Position numbers and translations under genes: made by a program
Notes under the pieces: generated by a model
The model's database searches: none
What the model was told of the DNA's origin: nothing
Seen by the model: only the letters and a program-made list of their open reading frames with translations
In this document: in pieces, positions 1 through 11,640 of the stretch
Layout: each line of letters opens with the position of its first letter
How positions within the stretch are numbered: the first letter of the stretch is position 1
NCBI RefSeq assembly: GCF_001194135.2
Contig: NC_068982.1
Coordinates: forward strand, 40,483,066-40,531,377
DNA length: 48,312 nt
Reading direction: 5' to 3'
Source: Octopus bimaculoides
Taxonomy: Eukaryota

Positions 1-80
1 ATATATATATATATGCATATATATATGCATATATGCTTATATATATTTATATATATATATATGTATATATATATGTGTGT

Positions 81-138
<58 letters not shown>

Positions 139-160
139 CTATCTATCTATCTATCTATCT
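1..160. repeat. Compound (TA)n/(TG)n/(TATC)n microsatellite
   Basis: Directly visible tandem repeats. Confidence 0.95.
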
Positions 161-659
161 ATGCTTATATATTTGCGAGTGTTTAAGTACGCTCACACCC
201 ACGAAGATATTGCTTCTACTCCGGTTCCTTGCATTCCACATTGTTTCTTTCTCCTGTTCTCGCTGCAGTCTGACGTTGTTGCTGACAACAGTGGAAAATA
301 ATACAATAGCTATTGATAATGTTATTTTATTCTTTTTTCGCTCTCTTCCTTCCGCGAAACAACACTTTTCTAACGGTAGTTGCTTTGGTAACAAGTTGAT
401 CAATATTTACTGAAGGTCTGCTGGTTTTGTATCTTATTTATATGTATGGATGGATTATGACATAATACCACACCTCATGTCATGTACACACCACGATAGG
501 GATACTATGATATTCCTTAAGGCTCCGGTGTTATATAAATGATAAAAACCAACGGGAATGATCTATGATAAATAAGCCAGTCGTAATATGTAGATACGCA
601 CACATTCACAGACACAATAACCTGTATCTTTTAAGTTTCATGTTCTCCTTATTTCACTC

Positions 660-845
660 ATGTTGGGGCATCGCTTTGAAGGATTTTAGCCGAACAAATC
701 GACCCCAGGACTGTTTTTTTTTTTAAGCCTAGTACTTTTTCTATCGTACCTTTTGCTGAACCGCTAAGTTACGGGGACAAAAACACACCAACACCGGTTG
801 TGAAGCAGTGGTAGGAGACAAAGACATTAAGACGCACATACACAT
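660..845 (-). mobile_element. SINE family A, 3' half
   Basis: Shares aaatcgaccccaggac...agcctagtact...gaaccgctaagttacggggac...accggttg with copies at 2148, 28657 and 38089. Runs into a microsatellite and gap. Confidence 0.85.
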
Positions 846-860
846 AGATATACACGCATA

Positions 861-895
<35 letters not shown>

Positions 896-1459
896 NNNNN
901 NNNNNNNNNNNNNNNNNNNNNNNNNNNNNNNNNNNNNNNNNNNNNNNNNNNNNNNNNNNNNNNNNNNNNNNNNNNNNNNNNNNNNNNNNNNNNNNNNNNN
1001 NNNNNNNNNNNNNNNNNNNNNNNNNNNNNNNNNNNNNNNNNNNNNNNNNNNNNNNNNNNNNNNNNNNNNNNNNNNNNNNNNNNNNNNNNNNNNNNNNNNN
1101 NNNNNNNNNNNNNNNNNNNNNNNNNNNNNNNNNNNNNNNNNNNNNNNNNNNNNNNNNNNNNNNNNNNNNNNNNNNNNNNNNNNNNNNNNNNNNNNNNNNN
1201 NNNNNNNNNNNNNNNNNNNNNNNNNNNNNNNNNNNNNNNNNNNNNNNNNNNNNNNNNNNNNNNNNNNNNNNNNNNNNNNNNNNNNNNNNNNNNNNNNNNN
1301 NNNNNNNNNNNNNNNNNNNNNNNNNNNNNNNNNNNNNNNNNNNNNNNNNNNNNNNNNNNNNNNNNNNNNNNNNNNNNNNNNNNNNNNNNNNNNNNNNNNN
1401 NNNNNNNNNNNNNNNNNNNNNNNNNNNNNNNNNNNNNNNNNNNNNNNNNNNNNNNNNNN
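896..1459. other. Assembly gap (N) flanked by microsatellites
   Basis: N run. Other gaps lie at 5801-5953, 16626-17397, 24673-24682, 26529-27127, 29861-30270 and 46178-46649. Confidence 0.99.
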
Positions 1460-1551
1460 ATACATGCATATATATTGTATGTATTTGTGTGTGTTTGCGT
1501 GTGTGTGTGTGCGCGCGCGGTGCGAGTGTGTGTTGTGTGTGTATATATACA

Positions 1552-1592
<41 letters not shown>

Positions 1593-1971
1593 TGTCTAAT
1601 GAATGTCACTCGACGGACAAGTTCGATCCGTTTGAAGAGTCCATGCAGATCAAATGTGCTCATTCAACCATTTCGTCAGGGGTTGTAATTCAGTATTTCA
1701 AACAACTAGATGTGAATGAATTCGAGACGCTTTTGTTACAGTTGATTTAATGCAGTTTGTATGGATAAAAAAAAAGGATGACATAAAGAAATATATAAAA
1801 AAGAAAGATGATGAGAAAAATATGCGACATGAAATACAGGATGCTGTTGATGGCAACGGAGTGACTGTCTAAAGGTGTTCGCGTCTTGGATCTGTCAACT
1901 AAAGGAGGCTTTATGGAGACTGATACAGACGATAGTAAATTGAATTTACTTTCTCTGAGTCCAATGAGTGG

Positions 1972-2145
1972 TTAACTGGCAGGACGTTGGTCAAGAAGCT
2001 TTCAGACATTTCTTCCGTCTCCTTACGCTCTTAGTTCGAATCCCGCCGGGTTGATGAATTAATTACGAGTTGAGCACTAAGGTTGATGTTATCGACCAGA
2101 CTCCTTCCCATAATAACTGCTGGTTTTATGCTAAAATATGAAATA
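1972..2145 (+). mobile_element. SINE family B, degenerate copy
   Basis: aactggcag...ttacgctcttagttcgaatcccgcc...gttgagcactaaggttgatgttatcgac...gctggttttatgctaaaat aligns by eye to the copy at 7070. Confidence 0.65.
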
Positions 2146-2147
2146 AT

Positions 2148-2376
2148 TACTCTTTTACTCTTTTACGTATTTCAGTCATTTGACTGTGGCCATGCTGGAG
2201 TACCGCCTTTAGTCGAGCAAATCGACCCCAGGACTTATTATTTGTAAGCCTAGTACTTATTCTATCGGTATATTTTGCCGAACCGCTAAGTTACGGGGAC
2301 GTAAACACACCAGCATCGGTTGTCAAGCGATGTTGGGGGGACAATCACAGACACACAAACGTATACACACACACAC

Positions 2377-2431
<55 letters not shown>

Positions 2432-2620
2432 CAATATGTACTGATATATACATATATACTACGGGGTTCTTTCAGTTTCTGTATACCAAATCCACTCACA
2501 AGGCTTTGGTCGGCCCGAGCCTATAGTAGAAGACACTTGCCCAAGGTGCCACACAGTGGGACTGAACCTGGAACCATGTGGTTCGTAAGTAAGCTACTTA
2601 CCACACAGTCACTCCTACAC
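2148..2620 (-). mobile_element. SINE family A, full length
   Basis: On the minus strand: tRNA-like head (gagtgactgtgtggtaagtagc...ggttcagtcccac), central (TA)/(TG) linker, conserved 3' half and (gtaaaaga)n tail. Confidence 0.92.
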
Positions 2621-2656
2621 CTGTCATAGTGTGAAGATAAGATACGCAGATAGTGC

Positions 2657-2909
2657 CATCCATCCATCTTCTCTGCTTGTTATTCCTGGAAGGGTCGTTG
2701 TGCTAGTGTTTTCAGGTGCCTCCTCCATAGGATCCTGTTAGATGCAACCGTCATTAGATTTTCTGGTTGGATCCCAAAGCGTGACCAACTGAGACTATGT
2801 ATGCAATCCAACTGTCTTGTTCTTGGTCTACGCTAGGACTCCTACCGGTTGATTCATCTTGAAAAACCCGTTCTGCGATTCTTTCCTGCAACATTCTAAC
2901 CGGGTGTCC
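2657..2909 (-). mobile_element. RTE-type LINE 3' end remnant
   Basis: Minus strand reads GHPVRMLQERIAERVFQDESTGRSP, then after a frameshift RPRTRQLDCIHSLSWSRFGIQPENLMTVASNRILWRRHLKTLAQRPFQE*. This matches the RTE ORF C-terminus pattern GHV.RM...R....GRPR.RW...A.DR..WR. Short (GGAT)n tail. Confidence 0.8.
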
Positions 2910-3034
2910 GTTTCCGTCTGCTAAATTCACTCACGAGGTTTTGGTTGGCCCGGGATAATAGTAGAAAACAGGTGGCCAAGGTACATGCAACGGGACTCAA
3001 CTCAGAACCATGTGGTTAGAATCAAACTTCTTAC
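2910..3034 (-). mobile_element. SINE family A, 5' head fragment fused to the RTE remnant
   Basis: gtaagaagtttg...aaccacatggttctgagttgagtccc...gtgagtgaatttagcagacggaaac matches the family A head. Confidence 0.85.
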
Positions 3035-3279
3035 TGAGAGGAGATACATACATGTAAACATTCATACTTAAATACATACATACATACATACATACGTATA
3101 TACGCACGCACATATGCGTGAGTGTACATACACACACCCATATGTGTGCGCGCGCGCGCCTAACTATATTTACATTTATATACATATGTGTGTGTGCGTT
3201 TGTGTATCGGCGCAAGAAAGAAAGAAATATCGGCAAGAAAACGTTATGAATGAAATTACTTGAGTTGTTTGTTCTGCAG

Positions 3280-3351
3280 CGAGCAGGATATCCCTAGATA
3301 TTTTCACCAGTCAGAAATTCACTAATCAGATAATCAGTTTTTTAAAAACCT
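3280..3351 (+). CDS. Candidate internal exon (phase 1-1) of an unidentified gene
   Basis: Acceptor ttgtttgttctgcag and donor CT|gtaagc. 72 bp with one open frame, SRISLDIFTSQKFTNQIISFLKT. No family recognised. Confidence 0.35.
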
Positions 3352-4518
3352 GTAAGCACAGACTCTATTGTTTAAATGTAGCTATATTCAATGAAATAAT
3401 TAAATACATGTGCTTAAGTTAAGGAACAATCAATGTTTAGCGCCACGAAGTCGTTCGCCAATCTTTGAATTGTATATTTGTATATTCTTTGACAATATTA
3501 CTTCCGATCATAAATGAATCAGAACATTGCCTCTTTCTCTGGTAAATGTCCCCCTTTCACTCAGGCATTAAAACATCGTAAAGCATCATACTGCACCAAC
3601 ATTCAAACCATACTCTAATACCGGAATATAGGCTTACAAATGTATGACATGTTTAATTGATTGGTCTACAAGATCAATGAGATAAGTAGATGCAGCGATA
3701 ATAGAACGCACCAAAGGAAATTTCTCGGAAGAAACAGACTAAAAAAATAATAAAACAAGCAAAAATATTATGTGAAATGAAGACAAATCGATATTGGGGT
3801 AAATCAATAAAATGTTAATGTTATTTCGTCTCAGTAGGTATGTGCTACCGTGTTAATGATTTTGCTTCCTTATTTTTTTTTTATCTTATGGACATATATC
3901 TATTCTGTCTACTCATCAACTAATTATTACTAGAAAACGTTTTTTTGTGTCAAACAAAATTCTAAGTATATACTCTGTATTACTCACACGAAAGTTCAGT
4001 GTGATCCACAAGTGCTCTAACACGTTCATTTTTCTAATCTCACGTGTTTTTAAAGAGAGCATTTATTTAGGAAAAGACAATGGTATATTAAATGGACGCT
4101 GCTTTAAAGCTTTACTAAATAAGATCTTCGGTTCCTTATCATCATAGATTGAAGAAATACAGCTGCAGAAAAGTTTTCCCTTCGCATGATCAGGCTTTTA
4201 AAAATGAAACGAGGGAAATATTGGGGATACTAGATTATATTTCATGCTCTTTAAATATTTGATTTCAGCCAAAGTAAATGATTTTCTGTCTATTTATCTA
4301 TCTTGCTTTTCCAATCGCTTTCTCTTTGCTTGCTTCTTCCTTTCTCTCTCTCACTCTGTATATATGTGTATGTGTATAACATATACATACATACATATAT
4401 TTATGTGTGCATAATATATCTATGTGTGCATAATATATATATACACATATATGTATGCACAGCATATATATATATTATGTGTTTGTGTGTGTGTGGCATA
4501 TATACATATTTTATATAT

Positions 4519-5375
4519 ACAGACCAGAGTAGTTTAACCTGTTCGTCGGTCCAACGTTCCACAATGCCATCCGAAAGCATGGACCTACTCCTCCAGGTGC
4601 CCAGCCACAAGCCTACTGACATGTTCTCGTTGATTTTGGCTCTTTTCATTGTCTCGCATTCTTGTGCCGACCATCTCCACTTGAGTGACGTCCGACACCA
4701 TGATAGTAAGGTAGTTCGTGAACGCTAACTCAGCCCAATCGTATACCAGGTATGAAAATCTGCCCCTCAAGTGTTCTAACTTCTGCAGCAGTAGTTCAAG
4801 AGCCTGCAAATACAGAAGAAACGAAAGCTGGCAGCCCTGACAGACCGAGCGTGTGATACGATACGGTTACGAGTGTTGGCCGTTTACTTGGACCACCGAG
4901 CCGGTGCTGTTGTACATCGCAGAGATTCAAATTGTGAAAACGAGTTCGAACCCGATATATTTCAGAGCGGCTTCCAAGTAACGAATGCCGACCCCATCGA
5001 ACACTTTTGAGTGACCCAAATTGAACAGGGCACCGCCGAAAACAGCTTTGATTTCATCCCTCTCTATGACGCATCGCTTAAAGTGGAAGTCATCGAGGAT
5101 GCATTTGTTCTGTATGGCGCAGTTTGCACTTTCCCCATCAGACCACCGACGACAAACGCCAACCTTTTCTCTAAGACCTTGGCCAAAACTTTAAACTCTA
5201 TGTTTAGCAGACTTATGTGCCAAAAAATGACCTCCACCTTCCTTCTGTTGGTGTCCTTTATTAGCACAGAAATATTGCTGCTCTGCTGCCAGTTGTGGTA
5301 GACATCTGACAAGAGATCGTCCAACAAGTTTAGCATTAACTTGTAGAATTAGTAGAGGTGACCATCCAAACCATT
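4519..5375 (-). mobile_element. Tx1/L1-clade LINE reverse transcriptase remnant
   Basis: Broken frames read GLDGHLY*FY, HISLLNIEFKVLAKVLEKRLA, VQVNGQHS.PYRITRSVCQGCQLSFLLYLQALELLLQKL and AKINENMSVGLWLGTWRS. These are RT domain motifs typical of L1/Tx1. Stops and frameshifts present. Confidence 0.88.
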
Positions 5376-5518
5376 GTAGCTAACATTTAAATCCTGTGTG
5401 TATTAAATGATATTTATTTCTCACTGGACGGAATACATTTGTTTTGTTGACCCCACCAATAACGGAACAATACAATATCTATCTTTCTATCTAAATATAT
5501 TTATATAAATATATATAT

Positions 5519-5664
5519 ATTTATATAAGGGCATTACTATACAAGAATGCCTCACGCTATGAAGGACTCTAAGGTCAGACTACCATAAAAAAACACATGG
5601 TAGTCTGACCTTACAGTCCCTCATAGCGTGAAGCATTCTTGTATAGTAATGCCCTTATATAAAT
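5519..5664. repeat. Near-perfect inverted repeat (hairpin; MITE-like)
   Basis: 68-bp arms with 3 mismatches around a 10-nt loop (5587-5596). TA flanks the core AGGGC...GCCCT (5528-5655). Confidence 0.95.
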
Positions 5665-5758
5665 AAATATATTTTGGGAATAAATGATGGATTTTTTTCC
5701 CTTATGAGGTTTTTTTCTACTTGATAAATTCTTGTAAAAGAATTCATCCTATTATTGA

Positions 5759-5800
<42 letters not shown>

Positions 5801-5953
5801 NNNNNNNNNNNNNNNNNNNNNNNNNNNNNNNNNNNNNNNNNNNNNNNNNNNNNNNNNNNNNNNNNNNNNNNNNNNNNNNNNNNNNNNNNNNNNNNNNNNN
5901 NNNNNNNNNNNNNNNNNNNNNNNNNNNNNNNNNNNNNNNNNNNNNNNNNNNNN

Positions 5954-6040
<87 letters not shown>
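5954..6040. repeat. (GACA)n microsatellite
   Basis: Directly visible. Confidence 0.97.
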
Positions 6041-6140
6041 GTAGAGAAATTGTGGGAAGAGTGACCTGTGTCTCACCAAAGCGCCAAAGAATATTCATTG
6101 GCCTAAATTGACGCACTAAATCAGTAATTTTGTTCAACAG

Positions 6141-6220
6141 TGTGGACGTGACTACTTAGCCTACCTTAGGTGGTCGCGGCGTCTAGTAACAGATCAGCTA
6201 TCCTGGATGCGATGTGGCAG
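6141..6220 (+). CDS. Candidate internal exon (phase 0-2)
   Basis: Acceptor aattttgttcaacag and donor CAG|gtgaga. GC-richer than its flanks. Single open frame CGRDYLAYLRWSRRLVTDQLSWMRCG. Confidence 0.4.
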
Positions 6221-6429
6221 GTGAGATGGATGTATAAAAAGAGAGAAAAGAGGTCGAAACGTACATCAAGAAGTTCAACTAAGGGCAACTAACTTCAGTT
6301 GTTAGCTGAAGCAACTTTCGAATCACTTCACGTACGAGGAAGATATTGAAATATTTTTTAATGGCACGAGAGATAAAGAAATCATTTTAGAGAAATTCTA
6401 ATTTATGTATATTTCAATGAATACTGCTT

Positions 6430-6655
6430 CCTTTAATACGTCTTAAAATATATTTCAAAACATAGTATATTTAAGGCATCAAACATATTTATTTAAATAA
6501 CGGTAATTTTATTTAATGCATCTGAAATATATTTTGAGAAATATAATTTCATTTAATACATCTAAAAATGTTTCAACACGGATAATTTCATTTAATGCTT
6601 ATAAAATATTTTTAAATATACGTCATTTTATTTAATGCTTATAAAGCTATTAAAA
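6430..6655. repeat. Degenerate AT-rich minisatellite (~38-40 bp unit)
   Basis: The motif aattt(c/t)atttaat(g/a)c...aaa(a)tat.ttt recurs several times at about 39-bp spacing. Confidence 0.7.
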
Positions 6656-6865
6656 ATTTCTAAATCCTGCTTCAAAGCAATGTGAATGAATGCAGAATAC
6701 TGAATGTACAGCTACACCGTTTAGCGTGGCTGGTATGAGTGTCAACTAGTTGCACATAGAATATCTAAAATTGAGGGAAAATCTATCGAACACTGTTTGG
6801 TTTCATCGAGCGTGAATGCGGTTTTAGTCAAGTAGAATTTCCTAATAATACTGATATTATTCTTT

Positions 6866-7258
6866 AAGGCAAAAAAAAATGCTCAGCGGCATTTCGTCTG
6901 TCTTCACATTCTGCGTTCAAATTCCACGGGGTCGACTTTGCCTTTCATCCCTTCGGGGTTGATAAAATAAGTATCAGTTGAACACTGGGATCGAGGTAAT
7001 TGACTTAAGCCCTCCCCGGAAGTGCTGGCCTTGTGCCAAAGTTTGAAATCAGAATTGATATTATTCCTTAAGGCGGCGAGCTGGCAGAATCGTTAGCACG
7101 CCAGGCACAATGCTTCGCAGGATTTCGTCCGTCTTTACCTTCTGAGATTAAATTCCGCTAAGGTCAGCTTTTCCTTTCATCCTTTCGGGGATCAATATAT
7201 TCAACTTAACTCCTCTTTTGAAATTGCTGGTTTTGTGCCAAAATTTGAAACCAATATT
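6866..7258 (+). mobile_element. Two tandem SINE family B copies (6866-7052, 7070-7258)
   Basis: The second copy begins aaggcggcgagctggcagaatcgttagc. Both contain the B-box-like gttcaaattcc/gattaaattcc, gcctttcatccttcgggg and the tail ggccttgtgccaaa.tttgaaa. Confidence 0.9.
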
Positions 7259-7819
7259 CATACTATTATTCCTCCTGTACATCGGTTTTAAAACTACAAC
7301 TCTAATCGATCCAATTGGCACTCATTGACTGATTCACTGACAGCCTATATTTAGTGCAAAGATACCCTAGTGTTGCCATTAAATATATATATAAACATCT
7401 ATATAGGTTTATTTCATTTACTCTATAATTTTGTTTACATATCGTTTCAACTATAGCTCATGTGCTTCATCAATAACTAAAAACACAATTTGTTTTTAAG
7501 AATTAAAGCTGTTCTACTTTCAACAATGTAAAAACTATGTTACTGCTAATTTCTGAGACATGTTTTCTTAGGCCTGTTTCTTACAACAAACACGATTTGC
7601 TGCCAATTATCTCGTCCCATTTGACAGAAAATAACCTGCAACGATCATCTTTATGACTTACCTACAAGATCTACTTCATGCTTGACTATTTATTCACTAT
7701 TTTGAGCAGACTACTGCTGCATGATAATAAATTTCGTTTCTGTAGTTGTTTAGTGAGATTCTTGTTGTGAACTCGAATGTTGAAACGTATTTTGATGAAT
7801 CTCGGAAGAGCCATTATGC

Positions 7820-8308
7820 TAATAATAAACACACGTACTGGTCCTATTTCACTTCTCTTTTTTTATTAGTCGATTGGTTAACCCTTTAACCAATTAACTA
7901 ATCGATTGTTTGATAAATCGTTCTATCAGTCAAACAGCGAGGCACGTCACAATCCTTTTTAGTCATCTTTCGCTGCCTCATCAATGGCTTGCTCTCTCAA
8001 CTCCAGATCTGCTTCTCCCCTGAGAGTCAACAAAATAATGATATATCGTCTACGAAAACAGAATGATAATAAACACAGACACACTGGTTCTATTTTACTT
8101 CTCTTTCTTTATTAGTTAACTAGTTAACCGTGTAACTGGCTAACCATGTAAGCAATTAACCAATCGATTGTTTGAGCAAACGCTCGGTCTCTCAGTCGAT
8201 CAGTGAAGGTTTATCAAAGTCCTATCGTCACATTCAATTGCCTCATCGATGAATGGCTTGGTCTCTCTACTCTGGGTCGTATATGGAAACAGAATAATAA
8301 TAATAATG

Positions 8309-8385
<77 letters not shown>

Positions 8386-8575
8386 CAGATGCACTGGTTC
8401 TATTTCACTTCTCTGTCTTTATCAGTCAATTGGTTAACCATTTAACCAATTATACAAATTGATTGTCTGAGCAATCGCTCATTACTCACTCAGTCAACGA
8501 AGTTTTGTCAAAGTCGTTTTCCTTACCATCCGCTGGCTCAGCAACGGTATGCCATCTCTACTCTCGTTCTGCTTA
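7820..8575. repeat. Diverged tandem triplication of a ~250-bp unit
   Basis: actgg(t/c)tctattt(c/t)acttctc at 7837, 8083 and 8393. Each is followed by attggttaacc...aaccaat...atcgattgt and ...atggctt..tctct. Confidence 0.85.
8292..8385. repeat. (TAA)n microsatellite
   Basis: Directly visible. Confidence 0.97.
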
Positions 8576-9039
8576 CACTCACACACAAATGGCTTCAGTC
8601 ACGTGAATGGCATCAGTAAGGAAGTAAACGTTTAAAGATTAATCCTGCTTTACGTAGGAAGTCAACAATCAACTGAATCTTCTCTTTGACTTAGTAACGC
8701 TTTAAATAGGTCGCAAATTATAACCATAACATATCTGTTGACGGGCATCATCAAATTAATGATTTGTTTTGTTCATTTGTCTGCGCCACTAAGTCAACAT
8801 TATATTCGACAATCTGACTAAGTAGATTAATACAAGTAGAATTATCGTTCATCAGCATTTCGTGTAATCCATTGTGGCCGATATTTATAGAATTATTTGC
8901 TCTATTACATCTATAAACGACTTAAAGTTAAACAATAGAAAATAGCAACAAGAATAGCGGCAGCAGCAGTAGCAAAGAAGCAGTTAATGATGAAACAAAC
9001 AGAAATATGTATGTGGATGTGTGTGGATATAGGTGTGTG

Positions 9040-9206
9040 TGTGAGATAGAGAAAAACAGAGGGAGAGAAAGAGTTAGGGAGAGAGAGAGAGACAGACAGA
9101 CAGACAGAGAGAGAGAGATATATAATATGAGTATGTGTGGGTGTATTTATGTATACCAATACCTATATGTAAGTATGTATGTATGTATGCATACATACAT
9201 ACATAC

Positions 9207-9248
<42 letters not shown>

Positions 9249-9420
9249 ATATAGATAGATAGATATATACATACATATACATATAGTGAGATATAGATAT
9301 GGATACATATGTGTTTATATATATATATGTTTAGATATGCATATGCATACACACATACATAAATATATACACACACACACACACACACACACGCGCGCGC
9401 ACATATATATATATATATTC
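9040..9420. repeat. Compound (GA)/(TATG)/(TG)/(CA)/(TA) microsatellite tract
   Basis: Directly visible. Confidence 0.9.
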
Positions 9421-10374
9421 TTTCTTTTTTTTCAAATATTCAGAAATAAAATCGATATTAATACACTTTCTGACGTAACTGAGATAATAGGGTTAGTACA
9501 ATGGAGACAGTAGTAACAGTGATGTGAATAGTGATAATTGGTGCCGTGATGATACTAAGAGCAGCAGACGTGGCACTACAAAAGTAATAGCAACGGTTGA
9601 AGCTCTGATTGTTGCGTATAATAGTTCGATTCGAACAGCTTGAAAGCAAAATCTTTATTATGTTAAATGCCGTGTGAAAGTAGCTTTAGAAATGAAATAA
9701 CAAGTGATGTAGATATAAATTTTGTTGAATATAAAGAACTGAAGCGATAAAATGTGAGTAAAATGTGAAAAAGCAACGGTTCAAAACTAGATAGTGTTAA
9801 AAATTTATGGTAGAAAAATTCTTAAAAACCTGAGACGGCAAAGGAAACTGAGAATTGAAAAGGAAAATTACAGCGGTTCAAGAGCGACGAAGTATGTAAT
9901 AGTAAGACAAACAATAAGGATACTAGAAAGAGATAGAAATAATGGAATGATTTTTGATGATGGATTTGCGGTTTAGAAGAGCCTTAGTTATAGCAGAGTA
10001 CGATGAATGAAAAGAAAAGGGCGAGTAAAGTTGAAAAAAATCAAGATAAAACACAAAAACCAGAAAGTGTAAATACTTTACGTTACTTAGCTCTCATTAG
10101 CGGGCGTCATTGCAAATGTAACAGATTATAGAACTTTGATGCCAAAGATGTTAGTTTAATCCAATAGCATTTAATCCGAACATATATTCAACCAAATTAT
10201 TCTACCTGCTTTATTTCTAAATTTGCCAGATCTGACCTCTCATACCTATCCTGCAATGTAAGTCAAAAAGCAAATCATGATGTCACCGATATCTCGAAGC
10301 TACATGATAATAATGTATGATGAATTCAAAACAATGTGAACAAATAAGCATATAGTGATTAGAGTAATCGGCTC

Positions 10375-10670
10375 ATTATCGTAATGTAGTTAGTTTGATT
10401 CCCGGTGGCGCATTGTGTCCTTGGGCAAGACACTTTATTTCACGTTGCTCCAGTCCACTAAGCTAGCAAAAATAATTAATGCTTGTATTTCAAAGGACCA
10501 TCCTTGTCACATTCTGTGTCACGCTGAATCTCCCTGAGAACTACGTTAAGTGTACACGTGTCTGTGGAGTTCTCAGTCACTTGCACTTTAATTTTACGAG
10601 CTGGCTGTTCTGTTGATCGGATCAACTGGAATCCTCATCGCCGTGACCAACGGAGTGCCAACAACAATTT
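10375..10670 (+). mobile_element. SINE family C (CORE-like)
   Basis: tttgattccc...ttgtgtccttgggcaagacactttatttcacgttgctccagtccact. The 3' part also appears in inverted form at 43840-44060. Confidence 0.85.
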
Positions 10671-10777
10671 CTGTTATGGGTTCAGAAATGCAGGCATCAA
10701 CTTTACATTTAACCTCACCGGGGGCCAATAAATAAATATTAGATGCAGGCTCGGCTATAGAAGGGGACATGGTTATA

Positions 10778-11178
10778 GAAGCAGATATAACTGTGTGGTC
10801 AAGGGCATCGCTTTGCAACCGTGTAGTTTCATATTCTTTCCCCACTCCACAATTTCGTGGCATCTTGGGCAAGTGTCTTGTACAATATCCTCGAGACAAC
10901 CAATGCTTTGAGAGTGAATTCATTTGGTGGAAACTGTGTGGAAGCCCGTCGTTTATGTATGCGCGTTTTTGTGTCTGTGATCGTACTCACAGCCACTTGA
11001 CAACCAGTGCTGGTTTGTTTATGTCCCTGTAACTTGGCAGTTCTAGAGAAGAGATCGATAGAATAAATACCAGACTTAAATATAAGTATGGGATCGATTT
11101 TCTCGACGAAAACCATTCAGGGCAGTGTCTCAACATGACCGCAGTCTAATAACTGAAACAGGTAAAAGATAAAAGACA
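10778..11178 (+). mobile_element. SINE family A, diverged full-length copy
   Basis: Head (actgtgtggtcaag), cttgggcaagtgtctt, gaagcccgtcg, gatagaataaatacc and the tail gtaaaagataaaag. Confidence 0.85.
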
Positions 11179-11265
11179 AAATACTGGGCTGAGGAAGCCA
11201 AATGTACTCCTCCTTTAATGTGTCAGGTGTTGTCCTAATTTATAAATCATTAATACTGCAGACTA

Positions 11266-11640
11266 GAGGCAGCGAGCTGGCAGAATCGTTAGTAAGTCGG
11301 ACAAAATGCTTAGCGGCATTTCATTGTCTTTACGGTCTGAGTTCAAATTCCGCTGAAATTGTACATGTAGTATACTTCTCTCCTGTAAATTAATAGTCTT
11401 CTGTCAGCGTAAAGAAATATTTCTATTATTGTCCCCTCCTCCCATCCCCCAAAACAGTGATAAATTATAATTCTGCCACACAAAATATTTCACGGTTTTG
11501 TCAACGTTCTGATTCGAAATTCCGTCCAGTGGATATTTAGGTGTCGATAAGTATGAACTGGTCAAGTGCTGAAGGATTGGTTAAATCGGTTCTACACCCA
11601 CCTTGCTAAATGTGTGGCCTTGTACCAAAGTTAGAAATCA
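11266..11640 (+). mobile_element. SINE family B pieces (5' part 11266-11357, 3' part ~11500-11640)
   Basis: gaggcagcgagctggcagaatcgttag...gagttcaaattccgc, and later gtcgataagtatgaactgg...ggccttgtaccaaagttagaaatc. Confidence 0.75.

Noticed and set aside
741-1688. Long ORFs in the track spanning N runs (also at 5655, 16415, 26468, 29737 and 45805)
   Set aside because: They are open only because N codons cannot be stops. Flanking residues are microsatellite translations.
7955-7990. TTGATGAGGCAGCGAAAGATGACTA on the minus strand, hammerhead-like
   Set aside because: Stem II is too short to form and there is no stem I pairing. It is part of the tandem triplication.
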